Sequence record: NC_019407.1
Strand: one strand, 5' to 3'
DNA length: 64,000 nt
Shown here: positions 17,289 through 25,793 of the stretch, one piece after another
Layout: every line of letters starts with the position of its first letter
Numbering within the stretch: position 1 is the stretch's first letter
Made by a program: the position numbers and the translations under genes
The notes under the pieces: model-generated
What the model saw: the letters and a program-made list of their open reading frames with translations, nothing else
Database searches by the model: none
Told to the model about the DNA's origin: nothing

Positions 17289-17609
17289 CTAGGCCGCGTC
17301 CTCGGGGGCCATTTCGAGCGTCAGGGTGTACATGTCGTCGACCCCGATCGCCGGCTCGATCCCGACGATCACGCAGGTCCTGATCTTGCCGCTCTGGGCC
17401 TCGTAGATCACCGTGTCGCCCAGGCGCGGGCCTTGGCAGTGAACCATCACGCTGGCCCGATCGATCAGCAGGGGCTTCCTGAACCAACCGCGCTTGACCT
17501 TGCGCGGCGGCGCGATCTGGAACGTGCTGGCGTGGAGCGCGTGTCCCCAGCCCTGCTTGGCGGGCCGGAAGTCGAAGGTGCGCGGGCCGTTATCGAGGCG
17601 CAGGAGCAT
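17289..17609 (-). CDS. Hypothetical protein, 106 aa
   Basis: RBS GGAAAGGGA; codon bias. Confidence 0.7.
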   Translation of the reverse strand: MLLRLDNGPRTFDFRPAKQGWGHALHASTFQIAPPRKVKRGWFRKPLLIDRASVMVHCQGPRLGDTVIYEAQSGKIRTCVIVGIEPAIGVDDMYTLTLEMAPEDAA

Positions 17610-17817
17610 GGCGGTCCCTTTCCAGAGTGCGACGCTCCAGGCGCCTGTGGCCGATGAAGGTGATCATGTCCTTGGCCTGGACGCGCGTGGGCATATAGCC
17701 TCCGAACCGCCGCTGGAGCGGGATGCGCCGGTACTTGGCGTCGAACTTCCAGCGCCAGCGCCACGCATCGGGATTCTGCCGAGCGAGAAGGGCGAAGGCG
17801 AAGGACGGCGGGATCAT
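17590..17817 (-). CDS. Hypothetical basic protein, 75 aa
   Basis: ATGA overlap at 17814-17817. Confidence 0.55.
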   Translation of the reverse strand: MIPPSFAFALLARQNPDAWRWRWKFDAKYRRIPLQRRFGGYMPTRVQAKDMITFIGHRRLERRTLERDRHAPAPR

Positions 17818-18059
17818 GGGTTGTCTCCCGAGAGGACCGAGAAGGTCGCCACCGGCGTCTTGCCGTCCAGCGGATGACCCAGGACCAGTTCGGGGTCCTC
17901 GTCGCCCTCGCGGTCCTTCCAGACCACCTTGCCGTGATAGGTCATCACGCCGGCCGGAAGGTTCTGGCTGACCAGCCGCAAGGTCTCGGCATAGACATGG
18001 GTCCAGTCGAACGGATTCACCTGGGCCGGATTGTTGGTCACGCTGACGATCAAGGGCAT
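17814..18059 (-). CDS. Hypothetical protein, 81 aa (MPLIVSV...)
   Basis: Start overlaps the upstream stop at 18059. Confidence 0.65.
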   Translation of the reverse strand: MPLIVSVTNNPAQVNPFDWTHVYAETLRLVSQNLPAGVMTYHGKVVWKDREGDEDPELVLGHPLDGKTPVATFSVLSGDNP

Positions 18060-18580
18060 CAGGAGGTCGAGCCTTTCAGATGGGTGTGGCCACGATGGAA
18101 CATGGTGGCGGCTTGCTTTTCGGTCCGGCACGGCCCGAACCACAGGCTGTCGCCCTGGCGGCGGGCGGCGATCCCGTATTCCCGCCGGGGTTCTTCGAGA
18201 TAGGGAAGCGTCGTCAGGGCGCTCAGGACCTCGTAGGGCGTCTCGTCCGGCTCGATCTGGTCGTCGGCCACGGCGATGTAGAAATAGAGGTCGCGGTCGG
18301 CCAGACCCAGCGGCGACTTGGCCCGGAACGAGCGGTAGCTCGACCAGAACCAGCCTCGCCGCATCTCCAGGCCCCGGCGGACGCCGAGCAAGCCCTCCTG
18401 GGTCTCGCCCTCGGGCCAGCACCCGAGGATCGAGGCGCTATAGGTTGCGCCCTCGGGCTCGCCGAGGTCGGCGCGGACAGCCGTCATGGCGATCGCCTTG
18501 GCCTCTTCCTCGTCGGCCGCCGCGATCTCGATCTCGGTGACCAGGGACTGGGAGACCTTGACCAGGAACCGCTCAGTCAC
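18059..18580 (-). CDS. Hypothetical protein, 173 aa
   Basis: GTG start overlapping the upstream gene. Confidence 0.7.
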   Translation of the reverse strand: MTERFLVKVSQSLVTEIEIAAADEEEAKAIAMTAVRADLGEPEGATYSASILGCWPEGETQEGLLGVRRGLEMRRGWFWSSYRSFRAKSPLGLADRDLYFYIAVADDQIEPDETPYEVLSALTTLPYLEEPRREYGIAARRQGDSLWFGPCRTEKQAATMFHRGHTHLKGSTS

Positions 18581-19265
18581 GGAGACCTGCGAGTTGGAAC
18601 GCCGTGGCGCCGACGGCCGCCGCCAGTTCTTGCTTCAGGTGCTCGACGTCCTCCTTCAATTCCTTGAAGTAGGGCGTGTCGGCGAGCAGGTCCTGCATTT
18701 TCCAGGCCAGGGTGTAGGCCCGGTGGACATAGCTCGTCGGATCGTCCTCGACCATCTTGACGACGTCGATCGCCTTCAGTTCGATCAGGCCCTCGGGACC
18801 CTTGATGAACACCACGTCATGCGGCTCGATGATCCGCACGCCGCCCGAGGCGAGGTTCTTCAGGACACGCTCGCGGTGCTCGCAGTGATCGACCACGCCG
18901 ATCTCGCCGCGCAGGGCGTGCGGCGGGTTGTGGGTCACCATGACGACCCGGTCGCCCGGCTGGAACGCCCAGCGCACTTCGGGGTCGTTGAGGTGGTCGT
19001 CGACCATCTGTCGGATCGTCGCCAGGGAAGTGTGGCCGTAGCAGTCGCCGTGGAGGACGTAGTGGATGATCTTCCACTCCTTCTCGGTCGGCATCGGGAT
19101 TTCCTTCCCGTCGCCGTCGCGGCCGTGATAGTAGGCCGCCGTGCCCAGGCGATGGATGAGTTCGAAGGGCTCGCCCTCGTCGGTGACCTCCGGATGCTCG
19201 TCGAGCAGCGCGATCATCTTGGCGAGGCTGTAGGTGAGCGGTCGGGTGGCGGGGCGCTGGGTCAC
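18573..19265 (-). CDS. Hypothetical protein, 230 aa, with an SH3/KOW-like segment
   Basis: GTGA overlap at 19262-19265; FQPGDRVV...GEIGVV. Confidence 0.7.
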   Translation of the reverse strand: MTQRPATRPLTYSLAKMIALLDEHPEVTDEGEPFELIHRLGTAAYYHGRDGDGKEIPMPTEKEWKIIHYVLHGDCYGHTSLATIRQMVDDHLNDPEVRWAFQPGDRVVMVTHNPPHALRGEIGVVDHCEHRERVLKNLASGGVRIIEPHDVVFIKGPEGLIELKAIDVVKMVEDDPTSYVHRAYTLAWKMQDLLADTPYFKELKEDVEHLKQELAAAVGATAFQLAGLRD

Positions 19266-20140
19266 AGGTGCTTCTCCAGGCCCAGGTCGTCGATCACCGC
19301 CTGGGCGATCGCTTCCAGATTGAAGTGGCCGTCGATGACCGTGTCCTGCGCATCGTCGGCGTCGACATAGTTGGACGGCGTCGGCGCCGGGGCTTCCAGG
19401 ATCGCACGCTTCAGGGCGTCGGCCAGGATGACCGCCGGGGTCCGCTTGACCTTGGCCTTCTTGACCTTCCAGTTGAGGTCCTGGAGGCGCACGACGCGGC
19501 GATCGCCATCGACGATCTCCTTGAAGGCGCCGGCCTTGATCAGTCGCTCGACCGTGTCGTCGCTGAAATGCGGGTTGGCCTCGTCGACCGGGAAGGTTGT
19601 CCAGCAGTCCTGGCCCAGTTGGGTCAGGGTGCGCGAGGCGTTGTTCGCCGCGACGATGGCGTGGTACTCGTCGGCGAGCATGAACTGCTCGTAGCCAGGG
19701 CCGCAGAGCGTGCCCCGATCGTTCAGGACCTCGACATAGCAGTTCTCGCCGTTCCAAGAATCGGAGAGGTAGCACTTGACCAGGGTGTAGGTCTTGCCGA
19801 CGGTGTAGTTCTCGTCGCCGCCGACATAGACCGCCTGGGCGTTCTGCGGGAACGGCCAGCGATACTGCTCGTGGTCGGGATCGAACGCCTCCAGGACCTT
19901 CAGGATCGAGTCCAGGCTCACCTCGTCGGGGGTGAAGCGCTTGTACTTGCCGTCGGCGTCGCGGCCGTGGAATAGGTCCTGGCACTCGCGCACGATGTCG
20001 TACTCGAACGGCCAGATCGCGCCGCCGCGATAGTCCGAGAGGACCTTGTCGAACTCGGCGACCGAGGCGCCCGACGCGGCCATGGCAAGCAGCGTCTGGA
20101 GGATTTCGGCCGGCGGGCGGGCGTGGGGCTGTCGGATCAT
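19262..20140 (-). CDS. Hypothetical protein, 292 aa
   Basis: ATGA overlap; codon bias. Confidence 0.75.
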   Translation of the reverse strand: MIRQPHARPPAEILQTLLAMAASGASVAEFDKVLSDYRGGAIWPFEYDIVRECQDLFHGRDADGKYKRFTPDEVSLDSILKVLEAFDPDHEQYRWPFPQNAQAVYVGGDENYTVGKTYTLVKCYLSDSWNGENCYVEVLNDRGTLCGPGYEQFMLADEYHAIVAANNASRTLTQLGQDCWTTFPVDEANPHFSDDTVERLIKAGAFKEIVDGDRRVVRLQDLNWKVKKAKVKRTPAVILADALKRAILEAPAPTPSNYVDADDAQDTVIDGHFNLEAIAQAVIDDLGLEKHL

Positions 20141-20499
20141 TGGTCCGACACCTTCGCCAGTTGCTTTTCCAGTTCGGCGCGCAGTTCGGCGGTGCTCAGG
20201 CCCAGGCGCTCCTTCATGAACGCCACCGCCTCGGCGGCGGTCTCGAACGAGCGGGTCTCGGCATCGGTGCTGTCGCGCAGGCCGAGGATTTCGACCACGC
20301 CCCAGATCGTCGCCCAGGCGACGGCGATCAAGGCCGCCACCGTGATGGCAAAGCCGAAGTTGAACTGGCGCGCGGCGCTCAGTTCCACCGCCTCGGCCGC
20401 CGTCCAGGCCACTGCGACCATGCTCACGGAGGCGAGATGGAGCAGGGCGCCCCTGCGGGTGTGGGTCGGGCGGACGGTCAGGGTCATCTTGTCTTGCAC
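20137..20499 (-). CDS. Membrane protein, 120 aa (GTG start)
   Basis: GAGGAG SD before GTG at 20499; two hydrophobic segments. Confidence 0.7.
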   Translation of the reverse strand: MQDKMTLTVRPTHTRRGALLHLASVSMVAVAWTAAEAVELSAARQFNFGFAITVAALIAVAWATIWGVVEILGLRDSTDAETRSFETAAEAVAFMKERLGLSTAELRAELEKQLAKVSDQ

Positions 20500-20502
20500 G
20501 AG

Positions 20503-20573
20503 GGTCTCCTCTGCGGTTGTCGTCGCCCGCCTCTTAGGCCAAGGCCGAAGCCTTGTCAACACATTCAAGCCAA
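20503..20573 (-). promoter_or_regulatory. Conserved promoter with a cUUCGg hairpin in the spacer
   Basis: TTGGC-N6-GTGTTGACA-AGGCTTCGGCCTTGGCC-TAAGAG-N7-ACGACAA. Confidence 0.85.
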
Positions 20574-21698
20574 CGTTACACCGAGCGTCGCGGCCATCTT
20601 CTGGAGCGCCGCGCGCTGGGTCTTGATCTGCTCGTCGAACTTGTCGAACGCGGTCAGGACGTCGGTCTCCAGCTTGCCGAGCGCTTCCCATTGCTTCTTC
20701 AGTTCGGCGCCCGCCAGTTCCGCCGCCTCGTTGCGTTCGGGGCCATAGACCCGCTCGCGCATCTCGGCGACCCAGGCCCAGGGCAGGCTCAGGTCCTCGG
20801 CGACCTTCTTGTCGGTCCAGGTCCCGATGTAGCGCTGCTGGATCGTGTTGTAGTGGACGTCGAGGGCCTCGATGATCCGGCGGTTCTCGGCCGGCGTCGC
20901 CGTGCGCGGCGGATCGGCGAGAGGAACAGGCGTGGCGACGGCGGCTGCGGTGGCGGGCACGGGGGCGATCTCCGAAACAGGGTTGGGGGCGTCCGGGGCA
21001 AGCTTGCCCTGGCGGATCAGACGGGTGCGGGCGGCGTTCTTCTGCCGCTGGGAGCGTTCCTCGGGGGTCATCGACTCCCAGTAGCGGCGGGAGGCCTCGC
21101 CCTGCTTGGCGGCGGTCTCGGCCTTCTTGGCGGCGGCGCGCTCGCGGCGCGTGGCGTGACCCTTGGCGGTGGCGGCCGAGCGCTGTTCGGGAGTCATGGC
21201 GCTCTGGACCCGGCGCAGGCGCTCGGCGTCCCCGCGCCCGCTCTTGGCCTTGAGGCCGCTCTTGACCATCGCCGCCTCCACGAGGGCGGCGCCGACGGCG
21301 GTCGGAGCGTTGGCGGGATTGGGCTTAGGTTCCACGATCTCTTCCTTTGGAATGATCTCGAATTTCGAAAGGGCGTTCGAGACGGTGTAGACGGCCGCGT
21401 CGAGCAGGATGTCGTGTTGGTTCTCGGGCGGCTGCGAGGCGGCCTTGGCCAGCCCGTGGCAGGCGGGACAGACGTCCTTGGTGCGCGAGCCGCCGACGGC
21501 CCAGCCGCGCTTGCGGAACATCCTGGCGGCGAACTCCGCCGGGATATGGGGTGAGCGGGTGGTGATGGGGATGGCGTCCTCGGCCGGGCACTTGCGGCAG
21601 ACGATGACCACGTGGTTCTGTCGCTTGGACAGATCGCCGTTCAGGGGACGCATCTCGACCCGGAACGCATCCCGTGTCGCCAGTTTTGTCGTGCTCAT
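20565..21698 (-). CDS. Hypothetical protein, 377 aa: N-terminal Zn finger, two MTPExRS repeats, C-terminal HTH-like domain
   Basis: CRKC...CPAC; MTPEQRSAA and MTPEERSQR; TDKKVAEDLSLPWAWVAEMR. Confidence 0.78.
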   Translation of the reverse strand: MSTTKLATRDAFRVEMRPLNGDLSKRQNHVVIVCRKCPAEDAIPITTRSPHIPAEFAARMFRKRGWAVGGSRTKDVCPACHGLAKAASQPPENQHDILLDAAVYTVSNALSKFEIIPKEEIVEPKPNPANAPTAVGAALVEAAMVKSGLKAKSGRGDAERLRRVQSAMTPEQRSAATAKGHATRRERAAAKKAETAAKQGEASRRYWESMTPEERSQRQKNAARTRLIRQGKLAPDAPNPVSEIAPVPATAAAVATPVPLADPPRTATPAENRRIIEALDVHYNTIQQRYIGTWTDKKVAEDLSLPWAWVAEMRERVYGPERNEAAELAGAELKKQWEALGKLETDVLTAFDKFDEQIKTQRAALQKMAATLGVTLA

Positions 21699-21707
21699 CT
21701 TATGGGT

Positions 21708-21947
21708 TCACCGACATGAGAAGCACACCTCATCCTCTAACTCGGACGGATCGCACCAGTGGTCGCAGACCTCGCACTTCCAGACCTTGCGGTCGAGGAA
21801 GGTGAAAAAGGCGTCCGGGGCGTCGTAGTAGCCGAACGGGAAGCCGGCGTTGTCGACGGCCTCCTGGACGTCGATCGTCGTGCCGATCATCTTTGGTGCC
21901 AGACGCAGCGCCATGGCCATCAGTTCGGGGCCGCCGGGCTCAGCCAT
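21708..21947 (-). CDS. Small Zn-ribbon protein, 79 aa
   Basis: CEVCDHW...CFSC. Confidence 0.7.
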   Translation of the reverse strand: MAEPGGPELMAMALRLAPKMIGTTIDVQEAVDNAGFPFGYYDAPDAFFTFLDRKVWKCEVCDHWCDPSELEDEVCFSCR

Positions 21948-22278
21948 GGGCCTTCGCCTTTCTCGGGCGGTTCTCGTCCCACCAGACATGCCACTCGGCC
22001 TTGGTCATCCACGGCTGCTTGCGGCGGTCGTTATAGACCCCGAGGCCCACGGCCGTGACCTGATAGCGCTTGGAGCCGCGCGTCATGAAGGGCAGGCGCT
22101 GCTCGGAGATCACGTAGCCGCGCTTCTCCAACTTGGCCAGCGTCGCCGAGTGGTGCGAGCCATTCGAGCCGCCGACTTCCATCGGCGTATGCCAGCGGAT
22201 CGGCTCATCGCGGAAGGTGGGGATGAGACAGCCCAGGACCTCCCAGTCGCGATCGGTGAGGGGACGCAGACGGCTCAT
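21940..22278 (-). CDS. Winged-helix-like small protein
   Basis: ATLAKLEKRGYV...YQVTAVG. Confidence 0.65.
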   Translation of the reverse strand: MSRLRPLTDRDWEVLGCLIPTFRDEPIRWHTPMEVGGSNGSHHSATLAKLEKRGYVISEQRLPFMTRGSKRYQVTAVGLGVYNDRRKQPWMTKAEWHVWWDENRPRKAKAHG

Positions 22279-22448
22279 CGCAGTAATTCTCCGTCGGCGA
22301 TCCGGATGTCGCTCAGGGGATAGTCCTGGAAGAAGGCGCGCAGCCGCTGGCGCAGCATCCCCTCGACAGCCTCGGCATTGTTCAAGGTCTCGAAGAGGTC
22401 CTCGAACATCTGGCGCTCATTGGCGCGTAAGGGTCGGGTCTTCGGCAC
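22275..22448 (-). CDS. Small protein, 57 aa (MPKTRPLRANERQMFEDLF...)
   Basis: AAGGAGG SD before GTG, directly after the promoter at 22499; stop overlaps the next start; not in the ORF track. Confidence 0.75.
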   Translation of the reverse strand: MPKTRPLRANERQMFEDLFETLNNAEAVEGMLRQRLRAFFQDYPLSDIRIADGELLR

Positions 22449-22450
22449 GG

Positions 22451-22518
22451 GACCTCCTTCGTTGTCGTCATGCGGCTTCTAGGGCGTCTTTGCCGGATTG
22501 TCAACACATTCCAGCCAG
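22451..22518 (-). promoter_or_regulatory. Conserved promoter
   Basis: CTGGC-N6-GTGTTGACA-N17-TAGAAG-N7-ACGACAACGAAGGAGG. Confidence 0.88.
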
Positions 22519-22830
22519 CCGGGCGATGTAGTCCCGCATCGCCGCGCTGGACGCATAGCGCCATGTCCAAGGGACCTGCTCGGGCCGCGCGCCGTTGAAC
22601 CGGCAGAGCCAGAGGAAGGCCGCCTCGGAATGGGGCCAGTTCTCGGCGTCGGCCGAGAAACCGGTCATGCGGAAGCACGCCGCGACCTCGGCCGGCGTCA
22701 GGTTCGGGTCGCGCACAGCCTTGAGCTTGACCTTCACCTCCTCGGGCAGCGCGGGTGGCGGGGGCTCGACCTCGTAGCCGGCCTTGCGCAGGAGCTTGAT
22801 CGCGGCGGCGATCTCAGGACTCGGTTTCAG
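22501..22830 (-). CDS. Hypothetical protein (start uncertain: CTG 22830 or GTG 22737)
   Basis: Frame open to 22830, with GGGGAG upstream of the CTG. Confidence 0.55.
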   Translation of the reverse strand: MKPSPEIAAAIKLLRKAGYEVEPPPPALPEEVKVKLKAVRDPNLTPAEVAACFRMTGFSADAENWPHSEAAFLWLCRFNGARPEQVPWTWRYASSAAMRDYIARLAGMC

Positions 22831-23062
22831 GTTTCCACTCCCCGCACCAGGAATTCATGTGGACCAGCGGGAATTCCGCCCAGCCGATCTGGTCGGGCGG
22901 GTTGTCCCCGTGGAAGCTGCCGCCCGTTCGCGCGGGGTGGTAGCGCGACGGGCCGACCTTGATCGAGGGCGGGAAGCGCCGGCAGTCGCCGTGCATCTGG
23001 ACCGCGCCCGTCTCAAGGAAGAACCGGCAGGTCTTGCAGGATTGGCCTTCGGGCTGTCTCAT
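22814..23062 (-). CDS. Small Cys-rich phage protein, 82 aa
   Basis: CKTC...CRRFPP...FP.V...WCGEW; ATGA overlap. Confidence 0.7.
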   Translation of the reverse strand: MRQPEGQSCKTCRFFLETGAVQMHGDCRRFPPSIKVGPSRYHPARTGGSFHGDNPPDQIGWAEFPLVHMNSWCGEWKPETES

Positions 23063-23325
23063 GCGGGAACCCTGCCCGCGCTGACGGCCGCGCGCCACGC
23101 GGCGACGTCGCCCAAGAGCGCGCCGCCCAGGAAGCGGTCCTCATGGATCGGCACGTCGCCGTCGGCCAGCGCCAGCAGATCGAGTTGGGCGTCGATCCAC
23201 TGCTGCTCGCTCATATAGGGCTGGTGGCGCGCCGTGGCGCGGATGCCGTATTGCAGGCGCTTGTCGTAGAGGGTGAGACGCAGGCCCGCGTGGTCGCGCT
23301 CGATCCAGATGTCAGGCCGCTGCAT
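23059..23325 (-). CDS. Hypothetical protein, 88 aa
   Basis: GAGGAGG SD inside the ardC 3' end. Confidence 0.65.
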   Translation of the reverse strand: MQRPDIWIERDHAGLRLTLYDKRLQYGIRATARHQPYMSEQQWIDAQLDLLALADGDVPIHEDRFLGGALLGDVAAWRAAVSAGRVPA

Positions 23326-24343
23326 CGGCGACCTCCTCGACCTCTTCCTCGCTCGGGGCGATCGTCGAGCCCGAATATTCCTGGAGGTGGTCGACCGCCT
23401 TCTGGGCCAGCGACGCGGCGGTGAAGATGAAGCGCTTATCGCCCTTCAGGACCTTCAGCCAGGAGGCGACGTAGGAGGCGTGGTCTTCGCGGACTTCCGG
23501 GGTCAGGCCGAGGATGGCGCAGAGGAAGGCCGAGCCCAGTTCGGCGACCAGTTCCTCGGCGGCGTAGGCCTCGTCACCGAAGCGCTTGCCGAACTCGCGG
23601 TTCAGGCGGTCCTCGCGACCTGTCCAGTGGACGAACTCGTGGCCGAGGGTGGCGTAGTAGCTCTCCTCGTCGCGGAAGGCGTCGAACTGGGGCATCTGGA
23701 TGAAGTCCAGGTGCGGCGAGAAGAAGGCCCGGTGACCGCCGTGGCGCACCTCGGCGCCCGTGGCGGCGAAGAACTTCTCGACCGCCGCGTTGCGCTCCAG
23801 GACCCGCTTGGCTTCCTCGGCGGGCGTCGCCGGCGCCGGGGCGGGCTTCTGGTAGAAGCGCTCGGGCAGGCCGTCGATCTGCTCGACATTGAACACCAGA
23901 TAGGACTTCAGGAACGGGATCATCCGTTCGACGTCCTTGCCGTTGGAGTCCTTCTCGGTCTTCTTGAACTTCGAGGCGTAGACGATCAGTTCGGACTTCT
24001 CGCCCTTGCGGACCTGACCACCCAGGTCCCTGGCTTGGTTGTAGGTCATCCAGGTCGGGTTGGTGTAGCCGCGCTCCTGGGCGGCGGCCCATAGGAGGAC
24101 CACGTTGATCCCGGTGTAGCGCTGGCCGGTCACCCGGCGGGGATAGATCGCCATGCCGGCCGAGGCGCCGCCGGGAGCCGACCACGGCTTCAACCAGGGA
24201 CGCACGCCAGCGTCGAGGGCGGCGACGATCTTGTCGGTGATCTTCTGATAGAGATCGACCTTGACGGTTTCGGTCGAGGCCTTGCCGGTCTCCTTGGTGG
24301 AGCACTTGGCGGGCTTCTTCTTGGCGGCGGTGGTCTTGGTCAT
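23312..24343 (-). CDS. ardC: ArdC-family antirestriction / ssDNA-binding protein (N-terminal ArdC domain plus zincin-like domain)
   Basis: DLYQKITDKI..AL.AG..PW.KPW, Y.GIN..LLW, W.TYNQA..LGGQVRKGEK, Y.VFN.EQ.DGLP, HEFVHWTG...RL.R, YA.EELVAELGSAFL. Confidence 0.92.
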   Translation of the reverse strand: MTKTTAAKKKPAKCSTKETGKASTETVKVDLYQKITDKIVAALDAGVRPWLKPWSAPGGASAGMAIYPRRVTGQRYTGINVVLLWAAAQERGYTNPTWMTYNQARDLGGQVRKGEKSELIVYASKFKKTEKDSNGKDVERMIPFLKSYLVFNVEQIDGLPERFYQKPAPAPATPAEEAKRVLERNAAVEKFFAATGAEVRHGGHRAFFSPHLDFIQMPQFDAFRDEESYYATLGHEFVHWTGREDRLNREFGKRFGDEAYAAEELVAELGSAFLCAILGLTPEVREDHASYVASWLKVLKGDKRFIFTAASLAQKAVDHLQEYSGSTIAPSEEEVEEVADAAA

Positions 24344-24346
24344 CAG

Positions 24347-24413
24347 GACCTCCTCGTTGTCGTCGAGGGGGTTCTAGCCGGCGACCGCGACCTTGTCAAC
24401 ACTCTCGCGCCAG
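24347..24413 (-). promoter_or_regulatory. Conserved promoter for ardC, with SD hairpin
   Basis: CTGGC-GCGAGA-GTGTTGACA-N17-TAGAAC-CCCCTCG-ACGACAA-CGAGGAGG. Confidence 0.88.
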
Positions 24414-24610
24414 TTCTTAATCGCTTGGCGTTCCGCGAAGGTGGGCTGGCGCTCCCAGCAGGCATACTGCTCCGAGCCTCGGGTACAGTTCTCACGGATG
24501 ATCTCGCCATCCGCGTTGTGCAGCGGCGTGTAGGGCTTCTTCATGCAGTGCCCGAGATACTGCCCCACCCAGGGGTGCCAGAGGCGGCAGTTGCCGCAGA
24601 CCTGCCTCAT
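24374..24610 (-). CDS. Small Cys-rich protein, 78 aa
   Basis: CGNC...HC...C...CW. Confidence 0.65.
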   Translation of the reverse strand: MRQVCGNCRLWHPWVGQYLGHCMKKPYTPLHNADGEIIRENCTRGSEQYACWERQPTFAERQAIKNWRESVDKVAVAG

Positions 24611-24849
24611 CAGGCGCTCATTATCGCCGCGCAGAGGATCATCACCACCAGCCCGCCGACGATCGGGCAGACGATCAGCGACATGCAGAACGTCAAGGTC
24701 GGGTGGTCGATGAAATAGAACAGGTAGGGAGGCGGTTGGGGCTGGTTATAGAGAACGGCCGCGCCCAGCGCCAGCGCGATGGCGCCGATGATCCAGGCCA
24801 GTCCATACCAGAAGGCGCCCTGGAGAAGCGTTTCGACTTTCGGGTTCAT
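24610..24849 (-). CDS. Small membrane protein
   Basis: Two hydrophobic segments. Confidence 0.7.
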   Translation of the reverse strand: MNPKVETLLQGAFWYGLAWIIGAIALALGAAVLYNQPQPPPYLFYFIDHPTLTFCMSLIVCPIVGGLVVMILCAAIMSA

Positions 24850-25166
24850 CGGCGGTTGTTCTCCAGGTCCCAGATGCGGTTGCGCAGTTGGCGGATGGTC
24901 TCTTCCAGGTCGCGGACCTTGCGATAATGCTGGTCCTCGGTCTCCTGGGTGTTGCGCTTGTAGCGCCGCTCCCGCTCGTCCATCTCCGTCTGGAGCGGAT
25001 TGGGGATCACGTCATGACCGTGGGCCATGCCGTAGTTCTCGAACGAGCCCTCGATCCCCTCGGCGATCCCCTGGCGCTTTTCCAGTGGGATGCCGTTCCA
25101 GAGGTCAAAGAGGCCTTCGGCGTCAAACGAGGCGTCCAGGCTTTCGAGCCAGTAATCAGTCGCCAT
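24846..25166 (-). CDS. Hypothetical protein, 106 aa, with C-terminal coiled coil
   Basis: Coupled ORF; GGGGAGGG SD. Confidence 0.75.
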   Translation of the reverse strand: MATDYWLESLDASFDAEGLFDLWNGIPLEKRQGIAEGIEGSFENYGMAHGHDVIPNPLQTEMDERERRYKRNTQETEDQHYRKVRDLEETIRQLRNRIWDLENNRR

Positions 25167-25539
25167 GATGCACGCCCTCCCCGGCCCGGACGCATTGGAT
25201 CGGGCCTCCGTCGCCCTCTTCGGTGTAGCGCACGAGACTGCCGGCCTTGATCAGCATCTGGACCGTCTCGTCGCTGACCGTAACGTCGCGCCCCGGCGGG
25301 CTCCAGGAGCGGCCGTCATCCATCAGGATCAGACCTTCGCGCCGGATCGCCAGGGACATCGCCTGGGCCGCGCGCTGGGCGGCGCTGGTCGCGCCCTCGA
25401 CCAGGACCTTGAGGTCCTCGATCGGGAAGCACTCCAGGAACCGAGTGCGGACCTCCAGGCGCTCGGCCGGCGGCAGGCGCATGATGTCGCCCACCAGGAT
25501 GTCGGCGTACTCCTCGGCGGTCTTGGGGGCGTCGGTCAT
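25156..25539 (-). CDS. Hypothetical protein with a wHTH-like C-terminus
   Basis: ETVQMLIKAGSLV; ATGA overlap with the ACP stop. Confidence 0.7.
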   Translation of the reverse strand: MTDAPKTAEEYADILVGDIMRLPPAERLEVRTRFLECFPIEDLKVLVEGATSAAQRAAQAMSLAIRREGLILMDDGRSWSPPGRDVTVSDETVQMLIKAGSLVRYTEEGDGGPIQCVRAGEGVHHGD

Positions 25540-25793
25540 GACTTGAGGCTCTGGCAGGCGAACGTGATCACGTCGCCGAGGGTGTTGAAATCCTCGGGGA
25601 ACTGGACCGGCTCAGGGACGGCGAAGTCCTCCTCCAGGCACATCATCAACTCGATGATGTCCAGGCTGTCGAGGCCCAGATCATCTTCCAGCCGCAGGCC
25701 CTCGTCCATGTCGTCGAGGGTGTACGACCGGTCGGTGATCGCATGGGCGTAGTCGAAGGTCGCCGCCTTGATCTCGTCGCGCGTGAAGGTCAC
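25536..25793 (-). CDS. acpP: Acyl carrier protein (phosphopantetheine-binding)
   Basis: LEDDLGLDSLDIIELMMCLEEDF...FNTLGDVI; acidic, 85 aa. Confidence 0.85.
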   Translation of the reverse strand: MTFTRDEIKAATFDYAHAITDRSYTLDDMDEGLRLEDDLGLDSLDIIELMMCLEEDFAVPEPVQFPEDFNTLGDVITFACQSLKS

